DNA of 64,000 nt, taken from contig NW_021836176.1 in NCBI RefSeq assembly GCF_006345805.1, forward strand, positions 6,538 to 70,537. The letters run 5' to 3'. The DNA is from Octopus sinensis (Eukaryota). Under the pieces are notes generated by a model. That model had not been told where the DNA came from, ran no database searches, and was given only the letters and a program-made list of their open reading frames with translations. A program made the translations under genes and the position numbers. Positions 1-11,211 of this stretch are shown piece by piece; positions within the stretch are counted from its first letter, which is position 1; every line of letters starts with the position of its first letter.

Positions 1-49
1 GTGATATGCAGCTAAATTCTGTTTTTGAATGACTTGCTTCGAGAGATAG

Positions 50-59
50 ATAGATAAAT

Positions 60-109
<50 letters not shown>

Positions 110-118
110 AATGGATAC

Positions 119-174
<56 letters not shown>

Positions 175-182
175 ATGGATAC

Positions 183-234
<52 letters not shown>

Positions 235-260
235 ATGGATACGATAGATAGATAGATAGT

Positions 261-294
<34 letters not shown>

Positions 295-304
295 ATGGAT
301 ACAG

Positions 305-358
<54 letters not shown>

Positions 359-379
359 TTGATGGATACAGATAGATAA

Positions 380-429
<50 letters not shown>

Positions 430-437
430 ATGGATAC

Positions 438-511
<74 letters not shown>

Positions 512-540
512 ATGGATACAGATAGATAGATAGATAGATA
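50..540. repeat. Compound (GATA)n/(GA)n minisatellite, ~60-bp unit
   Basis: Repeated blocks of (gata)n(ga)n separated by the constant spacer ttgatggatac, about 8 times. Confidence 0.95.
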
Positions 541-542
541 TG

Positions 543-691
543 TTTCTTTAATAGCCACACAGGGCTGCACACATACAAGACAGATTACAAAGTAGAGCTT
601 TTCTTTTTGGGGAGAAAAAAAAGTGGAGTAGGTTTTCGATCAAAAGGGATTATAAAAGGAAAAGAAAAAGAAAACGATCAATAGGGATCGT
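543..691 (-). mobile_element. Short 3' end of a non-LTR (L1/Tx1-like) retroelement inside a GATA tract, copy 1
   Basis: The minus strand ends in ...gtgcagccctgtgtggctattaaagaaa followed by a (tatc)n tract. Homologous to 716-1018, 1190-1623 and 43366-43848. Clade assignment is inference. Confidence 0.7.
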
Positions 692-715
692 TAGATAGAT
701 GGATAGATAGATAGA

Positions 716-1018
716 TTTCTTTATTGGCCATACAGGGCTGAATACAGTAGGGACAAAATACAAAGTAGAGCTTTTCTTTTGGGGAAGAAGAGAAGGGAAA
801 AAAAGGGCGGCAAATTCTGATCAAAAGGGGTCGTGAAAAGAAAAAAGGGGGTGGGCAAATTCCGATCAAAAAGGGATCGTGAAAAAAAAAGGTGGGGGCC
901 GATCAATAGGGATCGTATATCACAGAAATGTCAATGTAAAAAGGGAAAACAGATTAGGTTTGTCCGTGGATAGAAAAGCCTACAGAAAAGACCACGGGAA
1001 CCTTGGGCAATAGTGTCA
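716..1018 (-). mobile_element. 3' end of the same non-LTR element, copy 2
   Basis: Starts tttctttattggccatacagggctg (minus strand AATAAA + gaaa + tatc tail). Shares cgatcaatagggatcgt and gaaaagcctac..aaaagaccacgg with the other copies. Confidence 0.7.
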
Positions 1019-1020
1019 GA

Positions 1021-1069
1021 CAGCTAGCTAGACTGACAGATAGATAGATAGGTAGATAAATAGATAGAT

Positions 1070-1133
<64 letters not shown>

Positions 1134-1139
1134 GTAGAC

Positions 1140-1170
<31 letters not shown>

Positions 1171-1189
1171 CGATAGATAGATAGATAAG
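1021..1189. repeat. (GATA)n microsatellite
   Basis: Near-pure gata run. Confidence 0.95.
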
Positions 1190-1623
1190 TTTCTTTATTG
1201 GCCACACAGGGCTGCACACAGATGGGAAAAGTTACAAGGTAGAGCTTTTCTTTGGGGGAATGAAAAAAACAAAAAACAAAATAAACAAAAAAAAAGGGTG
1301 GCGTAGGTTTTCGATCAAAAGGGATCGTAAAAGGGAAAAAAATAACAAAAAAAGGAAAAGAAAAAAAAGAAAAAAGGGAAAAGGAACAAAAGAAAAGAAA
1401 AATGAAAAAAGAAGAAAAAAGAGGAAGAGGAAAAAAAACGATCAATAGGGATCGTGTATCACAGTGTCATGATGTATGGTGTAAAGGGGGAAGCAGATAA
1501 TGTTTATCCGTGGGAAGAAAAGCCTACGAAAAAGACCACGGTAACCTCGGTCAATATTGTTATATGTTACCACATTTGTTTGCAAGTGGGTAACCGTCTG
1601 TTTTCAATTTCAGGGTTCATAGG
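1190..1623 (-). mobile_element. 3' end of the same non-LTR element, copy 3
   Basis: Collinear reverse complement of 43411-43848; flanked on both sides by (gata)n. Confidence 0.8.
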
Positions 1624-1659
1624 ATAGATAGATAGATAGATATAGATAGATAGAAAGAC

Positions 1660-1746
<87 letters not shown>

Positions 1747-1754
1747 TAGATAGG

Positions 1755-1802
<48 letters not shown>

Positions 1803-1811
1803 GGGACAGAC

Positions 1812-1842
<31 letters not shown>

Positions 1843-2045
1843 AGTAGATAGATAAGTAGGTTGGTAGGTAGATAGATAGATAGATAGATATAGATAGGTA
1901 GATAGATAGATAGATAGAAAGATAGAGGGACAGACAGATAGATAGATAGGTAGATAGATAAGTAGGTTGGTAGGTAGATAGATGGATAGATAGATAAATA
2001 GAGGCACAGAGAGATAGATAGATAGATAGATAAGTAGATAGATAT
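1624..2045. repeat. Interrupted (GATA)n microsatellite
   Basis: gata/ggta runs with an internal duplicated pattern (gagggacagacag; aagtaggttggtagg). Confidence 0.95.
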
Positions 2046-2208
2046 ATTTTGAGTCGGATAGATATAGTCAGAGCCAGAGAGTAAAACCGGCAGACAGAGG
2101 GATAAATGAATAGACAGATAATCATAAATCTCGAACAATATAATCTGAAAGAGAGTAATATAGATAAGCGACAGATACAGGCAGACAACAGACAGTTTAT
2201 CCAAAAGT

Positions 2209-2220
2209 AACACTTACCTT
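2209..2220 (-). other. Perfect-consensus 5' splice donor AAG|GTAAGT (possible exon of a leftward gene)
   Basis: Plus strand acttacctt at 2212-2220 in non-repetitive sequence next to a CpG-retaining region. No recognisable coding frame. Confidence 0.25.
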
Positions 2221-2299
2221 CTCTATTGCTGGGTTCAACTGTCGTCGATTTTATATGTGTATAGATATTTCATAAACATATACACCTGCTTTAGTACCA

Positions 2300-3050
2300 G
2301 TGTTGTATTGTATTAGTCCAAAGTGATCAGTCATATTAGCAACGGCATTCCAGCCGTGGTCATCCAGTGTTGTTTGGAGTAACTATTTTCTTTTGGAGTT
2401 TTAAATGAGGGCGATTTGGCTGCTGTTTCTAGCAGGTTAAGAAACCGTCCGAATGTTCGTCGTTTATTTTGTGTTCAGATAGAAAACCACGTTAAGCAGT
2501 ACTGTGATCAAGTTCGTTCCAACTGTGACCATCACCTTTTAATATATTTTATTGCCACTGAAGGGAATGTTATCCGGAAGTTCTTTTTGCAAATTTGAAC
2601 ATTTGGCTGCTATTTCTAGCAGGTCAGGAGACGATCCAGATGTTCGTTTACTTTGTGCACAGACAAAAAAAAAAAAAAATTGTTATGTGATCAAAGGCTT
2701 TCTAGCCGTGGCTATCACGGCCTAGTATTTGTAGTTACTTTTTTGTTTTGCTGAATATAACATATAACACCTAAAAGTTCTTCGTTTGTAAATTCGAGTA
2801 AAATTTGGCTGCTATTTCTAGCAGGTCAGGAGACGATCCAGATGTTCGTTTACTTTGTGCACAGACAAAAAAAAAAAAGTTGTTATGTGATATCAAAGGC
2901 TTTCTAGCCGTGGCTATCACGGCCTAGTATTTGTAGTTACTTTTTTGTTTTGCTGAATACAACATATATCATCTAAAAGTTCTTCTTTTGTAAATTTGAG
3001 TAAAATTTGGCTGCTATTTCTAGCAGACCGGCCGGCCGACCACGTTTCTT
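2300..3050. repeat. Local tandem repeat, ~200-bp unit (two near-identical copies plus degenerate ones)
   Basis: tttggctgctatttctagcag recurs near 2415, 2602, 2804 and 3006. The 2602-2803 and 2804-3005 copies are nearly identical. Confidence 0.85.
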
Positions 3051-3571
3051 ATTGTACTGTAATTATGTTATAATTAGCATCGATTTTTCGGGGTTTTTTC
3101 CTTCTGATTTTGCAATTATAACAGTAGTAGTAGTAGTATTAGTATTAGTATTAATTTTTGTTGTTGTTGCAAACGTTATTGTCATTCGTTTGTCATAGCA
3201 AATGATAAACTTATTGTTCTTGTAATAACCGCTGTGACTCAATGTTGCGACCGTTCAGTTCTCATCTGTAAGCTGCATCTGCCAGATGCACAGCCAGCGA
3301 TGCATGGTCCGTGATGTTTACGAGGAAGGGTGTATCCCAGGGGGGGGGGGGCGCTGTTTGTGCGTGGTGGTGGTGGGGGGATTGTTTTGGGGTCTCGTTA
3401 TCGCTGCTACCGCGGTCGTTGCATTCGCGTGTTGTTGCGAACGACAGTTATGTTGCAAATATTAGCATAATTGTCTCAAACTTGTCCGCGTAATAGCATC
3501 GTAGTAATTGTCGCGGTCGTTGTAATCCGGTGGTTGTTTGTTATTGCGACTTGTTGCTAATATTGCAGTCA

Positions 3572-4710
3572 ATAAATTAAGTACCAGTCGAGTACTAGGG
3601 TCGATATAATCAACTAAGCTACTTCCCCTAAAATTTCAGGCCCTCTGCCTCTATAATCGACCGTCCTTACGTCCTGAGTTCAAATTCCGCCGAGATCGTC
3701 TTTGCCTTTTATTCTTTCGGGGGTCGATAAATTAAGTACCAGTCGAGTACTAGGGTCGATATAATGAACTAAGCTATTCCCCCTAAAATTTCAGGCCTTC
3801 TGCTTACTGTAGTCGACCGTCCTTACGTCCTGGGTTCAAATCCCGCCGTGGTCGGCTTTGCCTTTTATTCTTTCAGGGGTCGATAAATTAAGTACCAGTC
3901 GAGTACTAGGGTCGATATAATCAACTAAGCTACTTCCCCCTAAAATTTCAGGCCTTCTGGCCCTGTAGTCGAGTTCAAATTCTGCCGAGGTCGACTTTGC
4001 CTTTTATTCTTTCGGGGGTCGATAAATTAAGTACCAGTTGTGTACTGGGGTCGATATAATCAACTAAGCTACCTCCCCTAAAATTTCAGGCCTTCTGCCT
4101 CTGTAGTCGATCGTCCTTACGTCCTGGGTTCAAATCCCGCCGAGGTTGACTTTGCCTTTCATTCTTTCGGGGGGTCGATAAATTAAATACCAGTTGTGTA
4201 CTGAGGTCGATATAATCAACTCCCCTAAAATGTCAGGCCTTCTGCTTGTAGTCGACCGTCCTGGGTTCAAATTCCGTCGAGGTCGGCTTTGCCTTTTATT
4301 CTTTCGGGGGTCGATAAATTAAGTACCAGTTGTGTACTGAGGTCGATATAATCAACTAAGCTACCTCCCCTAAATTTTCAGGCCTTCTGCCCCTGTAGTC
4401 GATCGTCCTTACGTCCTGGGTTCAAATCCCGCCGAGGTCGACTTTGCCTTTTATTCTTTCGGGGGTCGATAAATTAAGTACCAGTTGTGTACTGAGGTCG
4501 ATATAATCAACTAAGCTACTCCCCCTAAAATTTCAGGCCTTCTGCCCCTGTAGTCGATCGTCCTTACGTCCTGGGTTCAAATCCCGCCGAGGTCGACTTT
4601 GCCTTTTATTCTTTCGGGGGTCGATAAATTAAATACCAGTTGTGTACTGAGGTCGATATAATCAACTAGCTATTCCCCCTGCCACTATATTTCAAACCTT
4701 GCGCCTTTAG
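3572..4710 (+). repeat. Tandem array of SINE-derived ~155-bp units (~7.5 copies)
   Basis: ataaattaa(g/a)taccag starts at 3572, 3727, 3883, 4022, 4178, 4314, 4469 and 4624. Each unit holds a B-box-like gggttcaaatcccgcc and the gaggtcgactttgcctt..tcggggtcgataaattaagtaccag core of the neighbouring SINEs. Confidence 0.9.
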
Positions 4711-4821
4711 TAGAATAGATTATTATAAATAATATATAAATACCGATATTGTCGTTAAATACTACTGTTGTTGTTGTTAACACTGTAATTGTTATTGCTG
4801 CTAATATAAATACTATATGAA

Positions 4822-4942
4822 GTGGCGAGCTGGCAGAATCGTTAACACGCCGGGCAGAAGAAAAAAAACAACAGAAAAATGCTTCGCGGCTTTTCTCCCG
4901 ACTTCACCGTTCTGAGTTCAAATTCTACCGGCGCCGACTTTT
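4822..4942 (+). mobile_element. Truncated tRNA-derived SINE (family A) head
   Basis: ggcgagctggcagaatcgtt (A box) ... gagttcaaattc (B box). Confidence 0.8.
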
Positions 4943-5144
4943 ATAACAGTAGATAGATAGATAGAGGGGCAGATAGATAGATAGATAGATAAAACAATAC
5001 CAATTGAATATTGGGGTCAATGTAATCGATTACTGGTCTTATTCCAAACTTTTAAATCAATAATTAACTTTGTATCTTATTATCAATAATGTTTCTGTAC
5101 TGTATCTCCTATAAACTTCTTAACATATCCCGTATATTTTTTCG

Positions 5145-5535
5145 TTGAGAGATGTCAGCACGGCGGGCGAAATGCCTAGCAGTATTTTGTCTGCCGTTAC
5201 GTTCCGAGTTCAAATTCCGCCGAGGTCGACTTTGCCTTTCATCCTTTCGGGGGTCGATTAAATAAGTACCAGTTACGCACTGGGGTCGATATAATCGACT
5301 TAATCCGTTTGTCCCCTCTGTGTTTAGCCCCTTGTGGGTAGTAAAGAAATAGGTATTTCGTCTGCAGCTACGTTCCGAGTTCAAATTCCGCCGAGGTCGA
5401 CTTTACCTTTCATCCTTTCGGGGTCGATTAAATAAGTACCAGTTACGCACTGGGGTCGATGTAATCGACTTAATCCCTTTGTCTGTCCTTGTTTGTCCCC
5501 TCTGTGTTTAGCCTCTTGTGGCTAATAAAGAAATA
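5145..5535 (+). mobile_element. Two adjacent tRNA-derived SINEs (family A, Meta-domain-like core)
   Basis: B box gagttcaaattcc, core gaggtcgactttgcctttcatcctttcggggtcgat..aagtaccag (resembles the Sauria/MetaSINE central domain from memory), tail agccccttgtggg..aaagaaat. Confidence 0.85.
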
Positions 5536-6026
5536 TATATATTAGAACGAAAATATACGTTCACTGTACTCTGGGGGTCATTTGTCCCTTATTTCTAACC
5601 CTAAAATACTTCGTTCATGATGTTATTCCTGTTTTCAATCCTTAATTATCATTTCTTTCAGTAACTTCATAATAAACCATAACTGATCCAAAATAATTTG
5701 TGTACTTATTCTTCGTTATATACAGAGATTCAAAATAAATATTTAATAAATATATTTTGTTTTGGGATGGAAAATGGCGAGAAAAAATGTGTGTTGAGAA
5801 GTTAATATTGTAATTAATTGCTGTTAATATTATTTTGCAGTTGTTTTTGCCGCTGATAATGTTTCGTTATTGTTTTTAATTACTTGTTGATTGTGATAAT
5901 GATAATGATAATGATGATGGCTAAAATTTGTAACCCTCGGTCAGCACAGACACAGACACATAGCTATGATCAAACGTACTTCCACGGTATACTTCTCTTT
6001 CTTTATCAAAAACAGTGAAGTCCCAG

Positions 6027-6420
6027 GGTGGCGAGCTAGCAGAAATGGTACGCCGGACGAAATGCTTATCAGCGGTGTTTCGTCTATCTTTATGTTCTGA
6101 GTTCAAATTCCGCCGAGGTCGACTTTGCCTTTCATCCTTTCGGGGTCGATAAATTAAGTACCAGTTACGCACTGGAGGTCGATATAATCGACTTAATCCG
6201 TTTGTCTATCCTTGTTTGTCCTCTCTGTGTTTAGCCCCTTGTGGGTAGTAAAGAAATAGAAATAGGTATTTCGTCTGTCGTTACGTTCTGAGTTCAAATT
6301 CCGCCGAGGTCGACTTTGCCTTTCAACCTTCCGGGGGTCGATAGATTAAGTAGCAGTCAAGTACTAGGGTCGATCTAATCGACTGGCCCCCTCACACAAA
6401 ATTTCGCACCTTGTGCCTAG
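6027..6420 (+). mobile_element. Family A SINE plus a second partial copy
   Basis: A box ggcgagctagcagaaatgg, B box, Meta-like core twice. Confidence 0.85.
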
Positions 6421-7292
6421 AATAATAATTTTAAAAAAAAAACAAAAACAGTAAAGTCCTGATTTCTGAGAGATTTAGCTGCTGTTTCTAGCCGGTCGAA
6501 CACAGAGGCTCTCCTTCATTGGCTCAGTTATTAATTACTGTTGTTGTTGTTGCTTAGCCTTAAGTGTATAGATCAGAGGCTTTCCAGGTGTGACCATTCC
6601 GTCTAATTCAGTTTCTCAAAGAATTGTGACCCAGTGTATACTTTTCAACGACAGTGGAGTGGTTGTTTGAGGGGGATTTGGCTGCTATTTCTAGCGCGGC
6701 CTGTAACTGCTAGATAGAGATTTCCTTACTACTGCTGCTGCTGCTGTTGTTGTTGTTGTTGTTGTTGTTAGAGTTGTTGGTTACATTGTTACTCCAATGT
6801 TGCTATTGTTGGTGGAAGTGTTTCACAAATCAAACCCAACCCAGTTCAACCTTAGAAAAAAAAATCAATTCCACAATCAAATATTTCTCTCTCCGTTGCG
6901 CCGAATCCAGTCCATCACCAAAGCTACAATCGATCCATCAAGTGCCCCAGCATGGCCACAACACCCCAATTGCAATAACAATTAAGAGAAAACAAATAAT
7001 TGTCTATCGATACGTCTATTAATACATCCGACCAAAATCAAATTATGCTAAGAATTATCAAACTGAATCGATAAAATCTATGAAATATATCCCTTTGTAG
7101 GTGCTGGCAGAGCCATGTTGTCTGTGACTAGGGCAGGTTAAGGGTTTTGTTTAGAAACAATTGAAAGTTTAGGGATTAATCTTTCCAGGGTACCAATATG
7201 AGAATGCTTGTAAAGTTGCTGAGAGCTGTGGGTCGTCTGATGTCTCCCAAGAGGAATTTAGCTGATGGGAGCTTTGCATGTAACTGTATGAA

Positions 7293-7620
7293 GTTAAGGC
7301 GCGTGGCTTAGTGGTTAGGGCATTTGACTCACAATCGTAAATACGTGAGTTCGATTCCCGGTGGTGCCCAGTGTCCATGAGCAATAACACTTTATTTCAT
7401 GTTGTTCCAGTCTACGCTGCTGGCGAAACCGAGTTGTACCCGTTTTTCAAAAGGGCCGGCCTTGTCACACTCCGTGTCACGCCGAATCTCCCTGAGGACT
7501 ATGTAAACAGTATATGAGTGTCTGTGGAATACTCAGTCAACTTGCGTGATAATTTCACAAGCAGGTTGTTCTGTTCATTAGATCAGCTGGAATCCTTGTT
7601 GTCACAACCACCTGAGTGCC
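7293..7620 (+). mobile_element. tRNA-derived CORE-type SINE
   Basis: ggcgcgtggcttagtggttagggc (A box) ... gagttcgattcc (B box), then catgagcaataacactttatttcatgttgttccagtc, a CORE-like segment. Confidence 0.7.
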
Positions 7621-7691
7621 AGTTTGATGTATGTGTGTGTATATATGTGTGTGTGTGTATGGGTGGTGTGTATTTAAATGTGTGTATAGAT

Positions 7692-7909
7692 CAGTGGTTT
7701 TCAACCAGGGTTCCGCAGAACCTTAGGGTTCCGCCAGTACAGTCAGGGGTTCCGCAAGAAGTCACAAAACTGCTAAAATCGGCAGTAATTTTTGAGTCTC
7801 CTGTGCAGATATGTGTGCATAAGACTATTAAATTATTGCACAGGGGTTCCTCGAGCCAGTGGAATGTTTCCTTGGGGTTCCGCTCCAGCAAAAAGTTTGA
7901 AAAGCATTG
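7692..7909. mobile_element. hAT-superfamily MITE, 218 bp
   Basis: TIRs cagtggttttcaacc / gtttgaaaagcattg. Identical 8-bp TSD gtatagat at 7684-7691 and 7910-7917. Confidence 0.9.
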
Positions 7910-8102
7910 GTATAGATGAAAGAATGTATGTAAGAACGACTGTCTATGAATGTATATACGTGTATCTATATATGTGTATGTAAGTATGAGTATATATATA
8001 ATATATATATATATATCAATAATAACAAAGGGTAAAATTTGGCTGCTATTTCTAAACTTCGGTATGTGGTAAAGCAAATCTTTGCTGAACCCTATTATAA
8101 AG

Positions 8103-8166
<64 letters not shown>

Positions 8167-8339
8167 CTCTGTGTGTTTATGTATGGGTATATATACGTTT
8201 TATTTGTTTATTATTGTGCAAATTAATTAATCATCGTTATATGTTTTATCTTATATTTCATCTTTCTATAAGATGTAATTTTTCTAAATGGTATAATTTA
8301 ATTTTTTATTATTGAATTGATAAAAGGTGTTTTTTTTTC

Positions 8340-8381
<42 letters not shown>

Positions 8382-9169
8382 TTCAGCAAAAATTTAGATT
8401 CAAATGAATATGGTACTTAATTTAGATGCACCTGAATTTTGTATGGTGTTATCCATAAAAATTTGTGGGGTGGTTATAATCAAAATTGTACCAAATTACC
8501 GGGGTCATTCTTGTTGCTTATTTTGATTATATATATATATATACATATATATATTTATAAGTTGGTGTGTCAAGTTATAATCCTTTACATCAAAATTCAG
8601 AAACTTTTCTTCGTTATTCTTCATCAAAAACCAAAATTATACCAACATGAGAAGAACAATCTCCCTTACACACACAAACCAAGAAAAAAACAAAAAAAAA
8701 AACAAAAAAAAAACTGATATATAAAAGGTGGATAGGGACCGGTTGATGCTATGTTATCAACACTTTGATCACTGGGAGGGCTGCTCCAGTATGGCCACAG
8801 CAGTCTGATAACCGGAATCGGTAGAAGAATAAAAGTTGAAGAATTCAGTGAGAGTCCAGATGAAATCCATTTACGCGCTTAACTTTTTAAAGCTAGTATC
8901 CTCCTTCGGCGCTCCTGTTCTTCTACAAATGAAATAGTCCATTGCCTTAAGTACCCGTAATTATCTGCATGCGATCTCCACACCCATATATATATATGTA
9001 TGTGTATGTATGTGTGTGTGTGTGTGTGTTTATAGTTATAATTTTGCTTGTTTTCAAAATTCTGCTTAAGTGTACAGACTTATATATCGTTCAGTTAAGT
9101 TCTTTACATGTGTGTGAGTGTGTGTATAGGTCTATGCAAATTTTAATCTAATATATGTTAATATATGTT

Positions 9170-9177
9170 AATATATG

Positions 9178-9216
<39 letters not shown>

Positions 9217-9378
9217 GTAAATGTAAATGTATTTCTATGTCTTGTTATATTTGTACTATATTAATGTATAATATCATTGCTATTATGTAGTGGTTTAATA
9301 AAGTATTGATTGGGCATTATCTGATGGTTGATGATTGATTTAGGTATGTTTCTCCATTTTCTCATTTTGTATATATAT

Positions 9379-9412
<34 letters not shown>

Positions 9413-9611
9413 GGATAGATAGATAGATAGATAGATATAGATATATGCAAAATATGTGTATATAAATGTATATATATATATATATATATCCTTATATATT
9501 AATTATATAAGTATATGTTAATATAAATTATATATATATATATATTTTCTAATATATCTATCATATATATTGTATATATAATATCTATAAGTATATCATA
9601 TATGTATATTG

Positions 9612-9642
<31 letters not shown>

Positions 9643-9750
9643 TAACTATAAGTATATGTTAATATAAATATATATATATATATATTTTCTAATATATCTA
9701 TCATATATATTGTATAATAATATCTATAAGTATATCATATATGTATATTG

Positions 9751-9782
<32 letters not shown>

Positions 9783-9907
9783 TAATTATATAAGTATATG
9801 TTAATATAAATTATATATATATATATATTTTCTAATATATCTATCATATATATTGTATATATAATATCTATAAGTATATCATATATGTATATTGATATAT
9901 ATATATA

Positions 9908-9949
<42 letters not shown>

Positions 9950-9950
9950 T
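9170..9950. repeat. (TA)n/(GATA)n/(TG)n tract containing three ~140-bp tandem units
   Basis: ttctaatatatctatcatatatattgtat...ctataagtatatcatatatgtatattgat repeated three times between ~9500 and 9910. Confidence 0.9.
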
Positions 9951-10348
9951 ATATATAATGATATAGAAATATGTAAACAGGCAAACGTGCGCTGTTGATG
10001 TAAGCGCTTCCTCTTGCAAGATATTGGAAGTCTAATATCGAATGTTTCGCCAGAGGCAGTTTCTGCTTGTCTTGCCTGCCTTTCTCAAAAGTGCGTGTTC
10101 TGCTGCTGTCGTTGCTGCGGTTAACATCGCTTCTATTGCTGCTGTTGCTACTACTGCTATGGCAGCTGCTGCAGTTGCTGCTGGTTGGTTTGTCACCAGT
10201 GATGGTGTCGGTTCTGCTACTATTTGTTGTCGGTGTTGTTGTTGCTGTTGTTATTGGTGATGGTGGTGGTGATGGTGGCTTTCGGCATTGTATACGTCGA
10301 TGTATTTTGTAGACACACCCACACACATGCACACGTGTATATATGTAT

Positions 10349-10380
<32 letters not shown>

Positions 10381-10411
10381 ATATATATATATATTACACA
10401 CATGTATATAT

Positions 10412-10587
10412 GCAGCAGTGGCTGTGTGGTAAGTAGCTTGCTTACCAACCATATGGTTCCGGGTTCAGTCCCACTGCGTGGCACCTTGGGCAAGTGTCTT
10501 CTACTATAGCCTCAGGCCGACCAAAGCCTTGTGAGTGGATTTGGTAGACGGAAACTGAAAGAAGCCTGTCGTATATATATATACATA

Positions 10588-10683
<96 letters not shown>

Positions 10684-10905
10684 CTGTGTGTGTGTGTGTG
10701 TGTTTGTCCACCCCCCTAGCATTGCTTGGCAAACGATGCTGGTGTGTTTACGTCCCCGTCACTTAGTGGTTCAGCAAAAGAGACCGATAGAATAAGTACT
10801 AGGCTTACAAAAAAGAATAAGTCCCGGGGTCGATTTGCTCGACTAAAGGTGGTGCTCCAGCATGGCCGCAGTCAAATGACTGAAACAAGTAAAAGAGTAA
10901 AGAGA
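10412..10905 (+). mobile_element. Full-length composite tRNA-SINE (family B) with internal (TA)n(TG)n
   Basis: A box gtggctgtgtggtaag, B box gggttcagtccc, caccttgggcaag CORE-like motif, internal microsatellite, 3' half ending (aaagagt)n. Confidence 0.9.
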
Positions 10906-11061
10906 GTGTGTGTGTGTGTGTGTGTTCTTTTATTCTCTGTAAACTTGGTGCTTATTCTTTTGGTCTCTTCAGCTGAACTGCTAAGTTTTGAGGATATAAA
11001 CACGTTTTTGGCAGGATTTTTACAGCTGGATGGCCTTCCTAACACCAACCATTCATTGAGT

Positions 11062-11211
11062 TAATCCTGCATTATCTTGTAGCTTTGAGATTTCACTGAT
11101 GTAATTGTTTGTTATTTTTTTTTTAAAATGGCATTGTAGAGTGAGTGTGAGAAGCTAGATCTGGCCAGTAGAAAATGTTAACCTGATATGGCCAATTTAA
11201 GCACCAAAAAT
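11062..11211 (-). mobile_element. Degenerate inverted copy of piggyBac-type MITE-1, head-to-head with the satellite array
   Basis: The reverse complement contains one satellite monomer (ggccagatctagcttctcacactcactctacaatgccatt...) and a gap-free, ~19/30 match to the MITE left end that terminates at the TTAA at 11212-11215. Confidence 0.65.

Noticed and set aside
7100-7290. Candidate plus-strand exons (tttgtag|gtgctggcagagccatg...cag|gttaag and a following segment)
   Set aside because: Weak donor, short frames, no recognisable protein.
8870-8926. Minus-strand acceptor followed by EQERRRRILALKS*
   Set aside because: Too short, with no supporting neighbouring exon.
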